From: the human T2T-CHM13v2.0 reference genome, Homo sapiens
Assembly: GCF_009914755.1 (NCBI RefSeq)
Contig: NC_060937.1
Direction: 5' to 3' (one strand)
DNA length: 64,000 bases
In this document: positions 41,908-54,019 of the stretch, one piece after another
Layout of the letters: each line of letters opens with the position of its first letter
Position numbering within the stretch: position 1 is the first letter of the stretch
Program-made: the position numbers and the translations under genes
The notes under the pieces: generated by a model
The model's input: the letters and a program-made list of their open reading frames with translations, nothing else
What the model was told of the DNA's origin: nothing
Database searches by the model: none

Positions 41908-42181
41908 GTAATCTCAGCACTTTGTGAGGCCAAAGCTGGCAGACTCTTTAAGATCAGGAGTCTGAGACCAGCCTCTGGGATATAGCAAGACACCATCTTT
42001 ACAAAAAGAAAAAGAAAATCACCTGGTTCTTGGTGGCATATGTCTGTAGACCTAGTTACTCAGAAGGCTGAGCCCAGGAGGTTGAAGCTGCAGTGAGCCA
42101 TGATCACTCTGCTTCACTCTAGACTGGGCAACAGAGTGAGACCCTGTCTCAAAGAAAATAGATAAACAAAAATAAAAATAA
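41908..42181 (+). mobile_element. 5'-truncated AluJ with internal deletion
   Basis: GTAATCTCAGCACTTTG...AGCCCAGGAGGTTGAAGCTGCAGTGAGCCATGATC...GAGACCCTGTCTC. Confidence 0.8.
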
Positions 42182-43095
42182 GCTGTATGGACAGATAACT
42201 AATAGTCTCAACTATCTGGATATCTATATATTTATATTTACATCTATCTATCCAGCCATCCATCTATTTATCTATCGTTTCTCTATAACCAATCTATGTA
42301 AACATGAGGGATTGTGTACACATTTATTATAAGTTTGAAACATTTTTATTAATACCCTCAAAATGTTTTAGATATGCCTAGTTTTCAAGGATATGCAATC
42401 CATGTCTAATTCCATTGAAATACTTTGAAAATATGGATAAATTCATATGTAAGGTGAGATCACATCTTAATGAAACATTGTCCTATATTTATTGTAACCT
42501 GTTAACATTGAAATTTGAGATTTTAAATTGTATTCTTTTGCATTTGTTAGCTCAGTAGAAAATAAACAAATTATCAATGATTGCACTATGATATTTTCAT
42601 ATGTTTTTGGCTCCAATACGATATATGAAGAAATACATATAATGGCTGGATTGTAGTAAGCAATAAATATTTATTTGCTTAAAACATAAAAGAAAAAGAA
42701 TGACAAAAACATAGAATTCTCTAAGGAATTTCCATGGGTTCCTCTTCTTTTGGATCCATAATGAGAAAATTGTTAATATTAATACATGACACCTAGAAAG
42801 TAAGATGAATTCAAAATTCAAAGTGTTGGGAGTAATGTAAAATGCCTTAACCAAAATTAAATCAAAGTAAAGATTTCTTACAAAACTGTCTGATATCCTC
42901 TAACAGCTGAGACTATGTGCTCTAGTTAGACTTGCAGTTCCCCTATATATTATGCTGGTTTACATGCACACTGTCTGATGATATTCTCTCTACTGAGAAT
43001 GACCTCCTATGATTTTCACTTGTCAAATATCTACTAAACTTCAAAATTTAGCATTCTGTTGTCTTCTTGCATTTCATGGATTGAACTCAGTGTTC

Positions 43096-43424
43096 TTTGT
43101 TTTTTTGTTTCTTTCTTTGTTTAGTTTTTTGTTGTTGTTTGTTTGTTTGTTTTTGTTTTGAGATGGAGTCTCGCTCTGTCGCCCAGGCTCGTCTCACTGC
43201 AAGCTCCGCCTCTGGGGTTCAGGCCATTCTCCTGTCTCAGCCTCCCAAGTAGCTGGGACTACAGGCGCCTGCCACCACGCCCGGCTAATTTTGTTTTTGT
43301 ATTTTTAGCAGAGATGCGGTTTCACTGTGTTAGCCAGGATGGTCTCGATCTCCTGACCTTGTGATCTGCCCACCTCGGCCTACCAAAGTGCTGGGACTAC
43401 AGGCGTGAGCCACCTCGCCCAGCC
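43096..43424 (-). mobile_element. AluY with a 20-bp deletion in the right arm
   Basis: CACTGCAAGCTCCGCC, GCCATTCTCC and TTAGCCAGGATGGTCTCGATCTCC Y diagnostics; CAGTGTT on both flanks. Confidence 0.93.
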
Positions 43425-43602
43425 CAGTGTTTCCTTTTTGTTTCTCTTCCTACCCTGAATATACTTCTATTGAGCCTCTTGTTTCATGCTGTGATCCATA
43501 TATATTTACACATGTAAAGATCATAAATTTACAGGAAACAAAGCCGTGTTATCTAATATACATTAGTATTCCTAGAAGCAGGTATAATGTCTAGAACATT
43601 CT

Positions 43603-43958
43603 TGATAGGGTTTTTCTCTGTATCCCCACCCAAATCTCACCTTGAATTGTAATAATCCCCATGTGCCAAGGGTGGGACCAGGTGGCGATAATTGAATTAT
43701 GGGGGTGGTTACCCCCATGGTGTTCTCGTGATAGTGGCTGAGTTCTCATTAGAGCTGATGGTTTTACAAGGGCCTTCCCCTTCTGCTTGGCACTTATTCT
43801 TTCTCCTGCTATCCTGTGAAGAGGTGTCTTCTGCCATGATTGTAAGTTTCCTGAGGGCTACCATCCATGCAAAACTGTGAGTCAATTAAACCACTTTTCT
43901 TTATAAATCACCCAGTTTCGGGTATTTCTTCATGGCAGCATGAGAATGGATTAATACA
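43603..43958 (+). mobile_element. THE1C-like solo LTR inside an L2 tail
   Basis: TGATA...CCCCACCCAAATCTCACCTTGAATTGTAATAATCCCC...TAATACA; no clear TSD. Confidence 0.9.
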
Positions 43959-46319
43959 CTTGAGAATCGAGGTGCAATAAATGTTTGTTAAATTAGCAAA
44001 TGATGAAGGAATTCTACTGAACAAAAAAAAACCTTAGCAAATGACTGAGCATTTACAGAAGCAAAGTGGACAGTGCTGATATCTTTGGGCAATATTAGAT
44101 TTTGAAAAGATCTTCCCCAGAACAAAGTCAATCGGCTACAGGCACTGAGTATAGATGTTCAATTTTGTTTTTCTTAGAGTAAAGGGCACATTTCTATCTT
44201 TCAAACAAATTGGTGCAATTACTGGAACCAGATAGAATTACACTGCTTGCTATTGTATGTGCTCGGTTTCCCAGAATATGGGATATACCTTCAGGGATTT
44301 ATTAACAACTTTCTACAGTCAGATGATTTTAATGTTATGAATGCCCTGGACACTAAATCCTCAAGTTATAAAAAGTTTTATTTCCAGAAGTTTTTGCATA
44401 GCACGCTTATAATTGTGTTAGGAATAATACAAAATTTAACTCATAAATGTTCATTGGTCTCTTTTCCTTTTCTCAAAGCCTCTGTAGAATATGCTGACAT
44501 TGTCTGATTTGCCTTAGAATCCTTATCCTGGTTTAGCAGGCTAATAATACCTTATGGGAAAGGGGTTGGGGACAAAGTTGTGCTACAGAAGTGGAGATAT
44601 AGAAGGATTTTATATTTTTATAGGCGGATCATAACTGGTAGGAGAGAGAAAAATAGTGAAGAAAATAGAGTGGTAGAAGTAGAGGGTGAATACAGAGAGA
44701 ATACAGATGGAGGTGCTGAGTTGGGAGGGGAATTACTAAGAGACTGCATTATCTACACATACTCTAAAGACAGAGTGAATTCATAGGAAAGATGATAAAA
44801 ATAATAGAACAATGAATGTGTTTCTCTTTTGGGGATTTCAGAATACACATGTCAGCAATGTCAATTGTGTGATTACTGCAAACATTGAAGAATGCATAGT
44901 CACCCCCAAATCTTAGAATCTTATGAGATAATCTTATGAAACACACCTTTACCTACCTATCTTCCCTCCTTCCTCCCTTCCCTTCCCTTGCTTTGTTTTC
45001 TCCCACTCTCCCTCCTTATTCCTTCCCTCCCTCCCTCCTTCATTCCTTCCTTCTTCCCACTCTTTTGTCTTTCTTTCTTAAATGAATGAACATAATGTTA
45101 TTAGAACAAGATCTGACATGTAATAAGCATTCAATAAATTGCACACATCATTACATTATTAAGTCTTTAAAATACAATGTAAAGAATCTTTCACTATCCC
45201 GATGGAAGCAGAATAAAGAAACACGTCGACAGTTTGATATTTAAAGATCTTTGGTAATGGTCCACACCGTGGTAAGCATCGTGCCAAATGTTAAAATAAA
45301 CCTAAACCAGTCACCTGAAGAAATTTACTTTTTTAACCTATGTGGTTATAAAATTTAAGAATTTAAATATTCAGAAATGAAATATGTACTATGTATTATG
45401 TAATAGGATATGTTATATGAAATATATAATAGAATAGAAATATATACAAATTATTCTAGTTAATACATTTGTGTGCATGCTTATATATGTTAACAAGAAA
45501 AATAATTTTTTATCTGTATAAACTATTTAAAAGAAATAACTCATGGATTAAAAAATGGTCAATCTCTGACAAATACAAGTTTTCAAACTGGGGCTTTTGT
45601 GGGGGTTCTTTTCTTCTTTAAGTCTGAACTGAACATAACTGGGCTTTCTAAATGGCTAAAATTAACCACTAATCATATGGCTAGTTTATCTTTTCCGTCT
45701 GTTTTCTATCTAAATTTGATTCATCATTTTATGATTGGCTAAGGAGAATATTCTTTATGAAGTCCCCTCCTGTAATAAGATGGCTTTCTCTCCTGAAAGC
45801 TGATAGCCATTACAGACTGTTCTTCACTTATAATTAAACAAATATTACCTGTATATACACACACATATACCCATACACATGTATACACACATAGAAACAT
45901 ATACAAAAAATAAAATGTTCTTGTCTTCTAAGCAAAGTTATACATTTCTTTAATGGGGCTTTTTCGTTTCTTTACTCACAGCAAATAACCAAGTTCCTAG
46001 CATATCACAGGCATTAACTGAAAAATTTAGGACTTATCTAAGACTTACTCCATTTCTCTATTTTCATATTTAATTAGTTTAAGGTGTGTGGTCACTTTTA
46101 CTTCTCAAACATCTGTCAAAGCAGATTCACCATCTTTATTGCTATTGCCATTGTGTTACATTTTTATGCCATCTCTTTTTACAAGGACTATTTCTACACA
46201 TCTAATTGGACCCTCGATCTCTTTCTAGTCTGTCATGCAGGCCACAGATAACATTCTAGAATAATAAGGGTATAATTCTAAATTGTAAATCTGCTCATAT
46301 TTATTCTCTCATATATTAG

Positions 46320-49300
46320 TAAGAAGATAAAAGATAAAAATTCATTTCTTTTTCCAACAATAGGGAAGATAGGTTTTTCTGCTCCAGGGCAATCTAGCAA
46401 CTTTGGTCCTAAGTACTTTGCTGTTCACTGTTCATTAGGGTGCCTCTTCATTCATATCACCATGCCTTTATTCCTGACAACAGGAAGACAGAAAAAGAGA
46501 ATGGAGATTAGGCAGCTCCCTATTAAGACCTGACCTATAATTTGCACACATATCTGCTCCTTACTTTTGATCAGAACTTAATCACACAGCAAAACTCGAA
46601 TGCTAGCAAAAAGTTAAGGAATACTGTCTCTAGCTGATGGCCATTCCATTTTCATAAGAAAAAATCATGAAAAGATGAGTATCCTTTTTCTCATGCACAA
46701 AACATATCCCCCAAAATACTGACACGCTCTAGGAAAATAGCTCAAAATCCTATTCTGTACCCAGCTCAAAGTCAGTCCCGGATCTCTGAATGAGCGTCTT
46801 TCCAGTACATCAAATGTGGCTCCTTGTGTTACAGCAACCTGTACGTAAACACATGGATTTATTTGCTCGCCTATATGCTCAATATATCACAGTAGAGTAG
46901 GAGCAGAATAATGACATTATTCATTCAGAAAAAGAGGAATGAAGAATACATAATAATCATTCTTCTATAGTAGTTATCAAATTGTACTTGGCAAAAATTG
47001 TGAAGATCATTCTTTGGCAACTCCTAAGTCCATCTGCCACTTTAATTTTTGCATGCTGGACATAACTTTCTCTGCTTTGGATTCATGGTCCTGGGCTCTG
47101 CCCTTTGGAAGGATCTCCTCATTTATTATTTTCTATGGCCATTACTAATGTTGGTATTGGAAGGTATGCCCTACTAAGGCCTGCCCAGCTTTGTGCTGGC
47201 ACAGAATTTATAGTACTAATTTTTCTTTGGGGCTTGAAAGGACATAGACGTTTTCTAGCCAGGATGTGGTTTCTTTGACCACATGCTTCAACTTTGTAGG
47301 ATTTTTTTTTATGCTTCCAGTTAGTTTCTTGTACCAGTACCTATAGACAAATACTTCTAGACATGGTTTTTACATGGTTTGCATCTCTATGTTCCAGAAT
47401 ATCCTTCTCCTTCAGGCTATTTGTGATTACCTTAATGTGATCTCTACCAATATATTCTTAAAAATGGAACAACATGAATCTAATACTTGCCACTAGGCTA
47501 ATTCCCGTTAGCACTAGGTAACAAGGGACATTTAAATGGAAACTCTGAAACAAGCTTGAGGCCTCAATTGTCATGCTGTTGGAGGTTAAGCAGTGGTGGT
47601 CATTACAACACTGAAAAACCCCACATAATTTAATCCTTGGTCAGTTTATATTGATATGATCAGAAAGAAGTCTCTACAGTAGGACAATATTCCTTGCTCT
47701 TTCTGCTTGAAATTAATTCCTTTCTGAGCTCATATTTATCATGTTACCTTGTTAAGAGCTACAGAATTAAAAGCAACAAACAGAGATATTCTAATATATA
47801 TTTTTTTCCCTTTAAGTGTCAGGATACATGTGCAGAATGTGCAGGTTTGTTACATAGGTATACATGTGCCATGGTGGTTTGCCACACCTATCAACCTGTC
47901 ATCTAGGTTTTAAGCTCTGCTTGCATTAGGTATTTGTCCTAATGCTCTCCCTCCCCTTGCCCTCCACCCCCTGGCAGGCCCCAGTGTGTGTTGTTCCTCT
48001 CCCTGTGTCCATGTGTTCTCATTGTTAATGCCCACTTATGAGTGAGAACATGAGTGTTTGGTTTTCTGTTCCTGTGTTAGTTTGCTTAGAATGATGGCTT
48101 CTAGCTTCATCCATGTCCCTGGAAAGGACATAATCTCATTCTGTTTTATGGCTGCATAATATTCCATGGTGTATATGTGCCACATTTTCTTTATCCAGTC
48201 TATCATTGATGGGCATTTGCGTTGGTTCCAGGTCTTTGCTATTGTAAATAGTGCCGCAATAAACATACATGTGCATGTGTCTCTATAGTAGAATGATTTA
48301 TAATCCTTTGGATATGTACCCAGTAATGGGATTGCTGGGTCAAATGGTATTTCTGGTTCTAGATCCTTGAGAAATCGCCACACTGTCTTCCACAATGGTT
48401 GAACTAATTTACACTCTCACCAACAGTGTAAGAGCTTCTGCACAGCAAAAGAAACTATCATTAGAGTGAACAGGTAACCTACAGAATGGGAGAAAAGTTT
48501 TGCAATCTACTCATATGACAAAGGTCTAATATCCAGAATCTACAAGGAACTGAAACAAATTTACAAGAAAAAAACAAACAATGCCATCAAAAAGTAGGCA
48601 AAGGATATGAACAGACACTTCTCAAAAGAAGACATTTATGTGGCCAACAAACATATGAAAAAAAGCTCATCATCACTGGTCATTAGAGAAATGTAAATCG
48701 AAACCACAATGAGATACCATCTCATGCCAGTCAGAATGGGAATTATTAAAAAGTCAGGAAACAATAGATGCTGGTGAGGCTGTGGAAAAATAAGAATGAT
48801 GGTCTAATATATTTCTAGCCATTTCTAGAGCTACAGATTCTGTATAAATGTGACCTGCATTCCAATTGTCATAGGAGGTTATTTTACTTAATGCTCCCCA
48901 CAACGTGAACAGGATCAGAAGAGTTCCATTCTGTGCTATTTCTTTTATTGCTTCCCAGTCCCTGGTTATGAAGCCAGTGTCACATAGGTTAGGATTTTAT
49001 TCCCCATGCATCTTATTGCTAGTTTTGTTTTTTTTTTATGCACAGGGTATGCACTAAGTTTCTGTAACCAATAGCCTACCCCTCCAAATATAGAGGTTTA
49101 AGAAAGTAGATATTAATATCTTTCTTACACAACAATTCGGGAGTTGGTGAATAGTCCAGAAAAAGTCAGGCTTTTCCTTCCAGAATTAACCAAGGGACAT
49201 AAATTCCTTGTCTTCTTGCTCTGCATTCTTCTCAGGAATGGGATTCATATACATGATTATAGTTGATTCACTATGACCAGCATAACATTACAGTCTTTAG

Positions 49301-49560
49301 GAAGGGGGAAAGGGAGTGGAGGTGAGCAACTGCTTTTTAAGGCCATCGTTTGAAACTTATACATGTCAATTTTTGCTCATATCCCATTGTCACAAATCTA
49401 ATTTCATAAATATATCTGGGTAAAGAGAGGCAAAGAAGTAGTCTTCTGACTTTTCAGCCAATAACCCACTTTAAAAGGCTAGGGTGTGGGCAGGGGTTTT
49501 CTGTTACTGAAGGAAAAAAGAGGGAATAGATATTTCAGAGAAAATTAGTGATATATGAAC
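46320..49560 (-). mobile_element. Probable ancient MLT1 provirus (LTR ~46320-46640, internal ~46650-49020, LTR ~49040-49560), interrupted by an L1
   Basis: Both ends carry old MLT1 motifs (TCTGCTCCTTACTTTTGATCAGAACTTAATCAC / TTTGCTCATATCCCATTGTCACAAATCTAATTTC); middle has MLT-internal-like CAGCTCAAAGTC...ATGTGGCTCCT. Confidence 0.5.
47800..48802 (-). mobile_element. L1PA8-like 1-kb insertion with 5' inversion (minus 47800-48435, plus ~48430-48798)
   Basis: ORF 48036-48395 matches the ORF2 C-terminus; 3'UTR CACCTATCAACCTGTCATCTAGGTTTTAAGC; TSD TCTAATATAT at 47790-47799 and 48803-48812. Confidence 0.93.
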
Positions 49561-50614
49561 TCAAATCCTAGTCCTTTCTATTCTATTAGCTCCTGACAAA
49601 AATAACAGGATAAAATACAAACTACATAGAATGGTATACCAACATCTCCATAGCCATTATTTTTTTTTAACAATAATGCTAGAAGGGTGAAATAGTTTGT
49701 CATATGTGTTATTATATCAAATCATTAATTTGTATTTTTCTTCTGCTATAACAATCAAAAGGCAATAACAATAACAACTTAAGTTTCTCTAAAGTTCACA
49801 AACAATTTCTTAGTACAAAGTGGTTTGATGGGTTACAATGGATAATTAAATGGATATTTCTCCAGCTTAGTTTGTAGAAGTAATGGTGGAGGGAAAAAAG
49901 TTGCCCAAGGTAAGGTGACTTCTATGACATCTGTTTCTATGAGCCATTTATTAAAGCAATTCACCACCCAAAATTATTCTTTGTCTCTGTCACACACATA
50001 AGGAAATAAGCCATTATTATTTGTGGTAGTGTTGTGATATAAGTAGCCCTCACTGTAATCAAAATATTTCACCCTGTGTGGAACCTAAAATCAGCAGTTG
50101 GAGGGTTGAAGTGGGAGACAGTTGATTCAACTTGTTCTTTGATAAAAGACATTAATGCAATGGAGGAAGTATAAGTTTCCTTTGGTTTGAATAAATTTGC
50201 CTCAAGATATTGCACTTTGTTACATTCCACTTTCAGGCAATGAACCCTGAAATATATGTGGCACAGTCTTTTATAGAATGCTTCTTTGCTGTGAAAAGTG
50301 GAATTATTCTGTCTTGTTATTAAGAATATTATAAATGTCCCTCTAGGAGCAGAAGAGCATGTGGCTTAAAATTTACCTTGGTTTAGAAAACATGCATTAC
50401 TGGTGTTCCTGATTTACACTGCTGTTTACATTTTTAAATTACTAAATTCTCTCCATTATACTCTCCTTTAGATGTGTGTGTATATATATAATTTATATAC
50501 ATACATACATATATATGTGTGTGTATATATAAATATATATAATGACAAGTTTAGAATTTTAACTATGTTGAATTATGTAGAAATGAGATTTTTAAATATA
50601 AGCCTGTCTCAAGT

Positions 50615-52202
50615 TGTCACGGGATCCTTAGGATGTTGCTTTACCAGCTGGAAATGTCTGTCACCAGTGGCCCCTTTGCCCAAGTTTTGCTTGGGCCCGC
50701 TGGGCTTGTTCTGCCCACATGGGCTGGCAGACTGTGCTTGGCTTTCACTACCAACCTAGATCCCATGCCTGCCAAAGGTAAGCCAGGCACAGAATGAGGG
50801 GGTATGTGAGTAAGCAAGTGTGGGGTCTGGCCACTGTGCACAGCCAGGCACGCTGGCTGTGGTGGGTCAGGCAGCTACAGGCACCAGCACTGGTGCCAGC
50901 ACCAGGGAATGCAGTGGTGCCCAGAAACTTGGAGATACAAGGAACTGCAGAGCCCCAAAGACAGCGTCACTGCCCTGGCTTAGGGAGCTCCTAAGTCTGG
51001 GCTCCCTGAAGGGCTGCAGCTCTTCTCTCCTCCTCTCTTATTTTTCTCATTGCCTGTAATGTGATGAGGCAGGGAGGTGTTTCAGCCCTGTTTGTGTTAC
51101 AGCTCTTTCAGTCTGGCAGGTCCCAATTTCTTGTCCCACATCCAGGAAGAGTGAGGTACATGAACAATTGGAGGGTGAGCAAGGCAAAGAGGTGCTTTAT
51201 TAAGCAACAGTACAGCTCTCAGGAGACCCAAAGTAGTTCTCTCTTTCTTCAGGAAGATTGTCCTGATGAGTGCAGCTCTCAGCAGAGAGGAGATTGCATC
51301 AAGTGTGTAGCCCTCCCTAGAGAGGAGTCTGAGACTGGATAGCTCCTTTCTGCAGGCAGGTCCTCCTGATGAGTGTACAGCTCTCAGCAGAGAGGAGGCC
51401 CACAGTAGGTAGCTCTTCTCCACAGGCAGGATGTTCCATCATCTACCTGAATCTGGCTGAGTCCAGGGTTATTATGGGCTTTAAATGGGAGGAAGTACAT
51501 GCTGATTTGTCTATGGGAGGCTATGGGTGGGCCCTGAAAAAGCACCATATCTTCTCACTTTGGTTCATGGAACTGGCAGCCTAGCTCCCAGCTCCAGGTC
51601 TTCTCAAGCCTGAAGTTGGGGCTTCACCAGTGACCTGTGCTTTTCTGTCCAGGAGCCTGTCTGCCTCCCGCCACCATCAGCCTGCCATCCCCAGTGCCCA
51701 GGCCATTCCCCGTGGAGGGGAACCTGCAGGCCTATGCTGAGCTGCCCTCAGGCCACTTCAGCCTCTCTCCCATGCTCATTGCTGCCCAAAATCCAGAGGC
51801 AGCCGAGGCAACAGGAGGGTGGTGTGTCAGCACCACCCCAAGTGTGTGCACACCTGGACAGCACCCAAGGTTGGCCACAACTTTGCTCCAGAATCGAAGT
51901 GGGTTCTGGGAGCTGGGAGAGGCCAGGCAGTGGGAGCAGGCACTTTCAAGCCTGCAGGGCAGAGGGGCTTCCCAGGCCCCCAAGAGCACAGGGATGCCTG
52001 GATCCGCAGCCATGGCTGGGTGGCTGCAACTGTGACTGGGAGCATGGACCCGGCTCCTACCCTGCCAACTCTGAAAGGGGCGGGGCTCCCGCCTGTTCCC
52101 AGCTCCCACGGACTCCACAGAACGTACAGCCATGGCCGCGGCTCCCCCCACTGCAGCTGGAATCTTTGCAGCAGCCGCTCCAGACAGTCCACTGCTGCAT
52201 CA
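50615..52202 (-). mobile_element. MER52-family (ERV1) solo LTR, ~1.6 kb
   Basis: TG...CA termini (TGTCACGGGATCC / GCTGCATCA); GC-rich; AATAAA on minus near 51196; perfect 4-bp TSD AAGT at 50611-50614 and 52203-52206. Confidence 0.88.
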
Positions 52203-52500
52203 AAGTCATTGAAGTTAATGTTGAAAATGTTAGGTTTTTATGCACAATTAACAGATAAAATTCAAGATTACTTTTGCTATATTCAAAATCCATTCAATAT
52301 ATAGTTTTAAATATTAATTGAATTTACAGTTTTCTCAGGAGTTAATGGAATTCTTATATCAAAAGTAAAATACCTGAGTCAAAGGAATTTTATTAATATA
52401 TTCAACAAAAGAAGTCGTGTAAGCTTTATTAATCAACAACTACATCACAGAAAACAACATTCTGGAAATTTTAACTTTTACTATGTGTTAACATGCTGCA

Positions 52501-52635
52501 TTTTTTTTTCTTTTTTTAGAAATGGGCTCTTGCTATATTTGGCCTGACTGGTCTTGAACTCCTGGACTCAAGTGGAGCTCCTGCCTCGACCTTCTGAAGT
52601 ACTGGGACTACAAGCATAAGCCACTGTGCCTAGCT
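52501..52635 (-). mobile_element. FLAM / Alu monomer
   Basis: Poly-T then GGTCTTGAACTCCTGGACTCAAGTG...CTGGGACTACAAGCATAAGCCACTGTGCC. Confidence 0.8.
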
Positions 52636-54019
52636 ACTTGCTGTGTTTTAAAGGTATGGAGTACTGGGACTGTAATTACTTGCATGGATTTTGAGGTTTT
52701 CTTTAGAAACCATCATGTCTTTATATTATTTCTGACTCTTTTGAATACTAAAGGAAAAATGACAAGAATGATTTTATTTGTAATTAATTTTTATTTTTAT
52801 ATTAACAAGTATATATTTTAAATGCAAACTTTTGTTTAAAAGCTTATAACAGAGCATTATTTCGGTTCTCCATTCCCCTCTTTCACACAAGGAAATTGGA
52901 TTCTGCTTTTCAGTCCACTGCTTTCAACCCTTTTAAAAAATTGTTCAAGAGAGGGGCTGGCTTTTACTTTTCTATTTATTTATAATTTCAATGTTCCTAT
53001 AGTCAGTCATTAATATTATTTTGATATTATCTATTGATTCTTTGTTATTATTACAGTTGTATAGTCCCACATATTATTTTCGAGAACCCCTAGATTTATT
53101 TCTATTCATTTAATCTCACTTTTTGTCAAGCCATCTTTTAAGAGTTTTTCAAGAAGGGTACTAGGGAATAAATTTTTGATAATTCATTTTTCTGAAATTA
53201 GCTTTATTTCTTTCTTTTCCTAGGTTTAAGGTTTCTGTAGTTTTAAGGTTTTAAGATTAAAATAATTTCACCTCAGACTTATGAAGGCAGCGCTCCAGTC
53301 AAACCTGATTCCCATACTGCAGTTTCAGAGTGAGAGAGAAGGAAGAAGGAGGAAGGCAGGAAAGAAGGAAGGGAGGGAGGGAGGGAGGGGGGAGGGATCA
53401 AACTTGATTCTCAATGTTGTTGAGGAATTTAACACTGTACTTGATTCTTTTATCATGATCTTGTTTTTACCCTGGAAAATTCTGGAATTGGCTGCTTATT
53501 CTTGGATATCTAAACTTTAAAAATTATATTAAATCCTGCATTTGTTTTTATTTTGTAATATTTGAACTTGGAAGCCTTTTTCTATCTTGAGTTTTATGTC
53601 CTCGAGTTCCAGTAAATATTTTTGTAATATTTTATTGGAAATTTCCTCTAACTTTGTGAATGCTTCCTTAATTTTCTAAAATTTCTATCTTCTCAACTCT
53701 TCACTTTATTATACTCTTTGGGAGATAAACTTCAACTTGCAACCTGTCGCTAATTTTATCAAATTTCAGCTTTCATGATTTTAAGTGCTGATTAATATTT
53801 CTTATTTTCTATCATTTCTTTTTGTAGAAGCTCATTCTTTTTCACAATGCAATATATTATATTATCCCTCTGATAATTAAACTTTCTTTGAAATGCTCTC
53901 TGCTTAATGTTTCTCACAGTTTGCACTATCTTCTCCCTTTATTTAGAGTCTTTCACTTCAAAATGTCTGATGACTTTTTAAAATTAAGTATCTAGAAAGT
54001 TGACAATTTCTTAAGGGTG

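Noticed and set aside
44950-45080. Polypyrimidine (CCTT-rich) tract with triplex potential
   Set aside because: Ordinary degenerate low-complexity repeat with nothing distinctive
51637-52304. Overlapping 120-175 aa ORFs on both strands
   Set aside because: Inside the GC-rich MER52 LTR; compositional artefact
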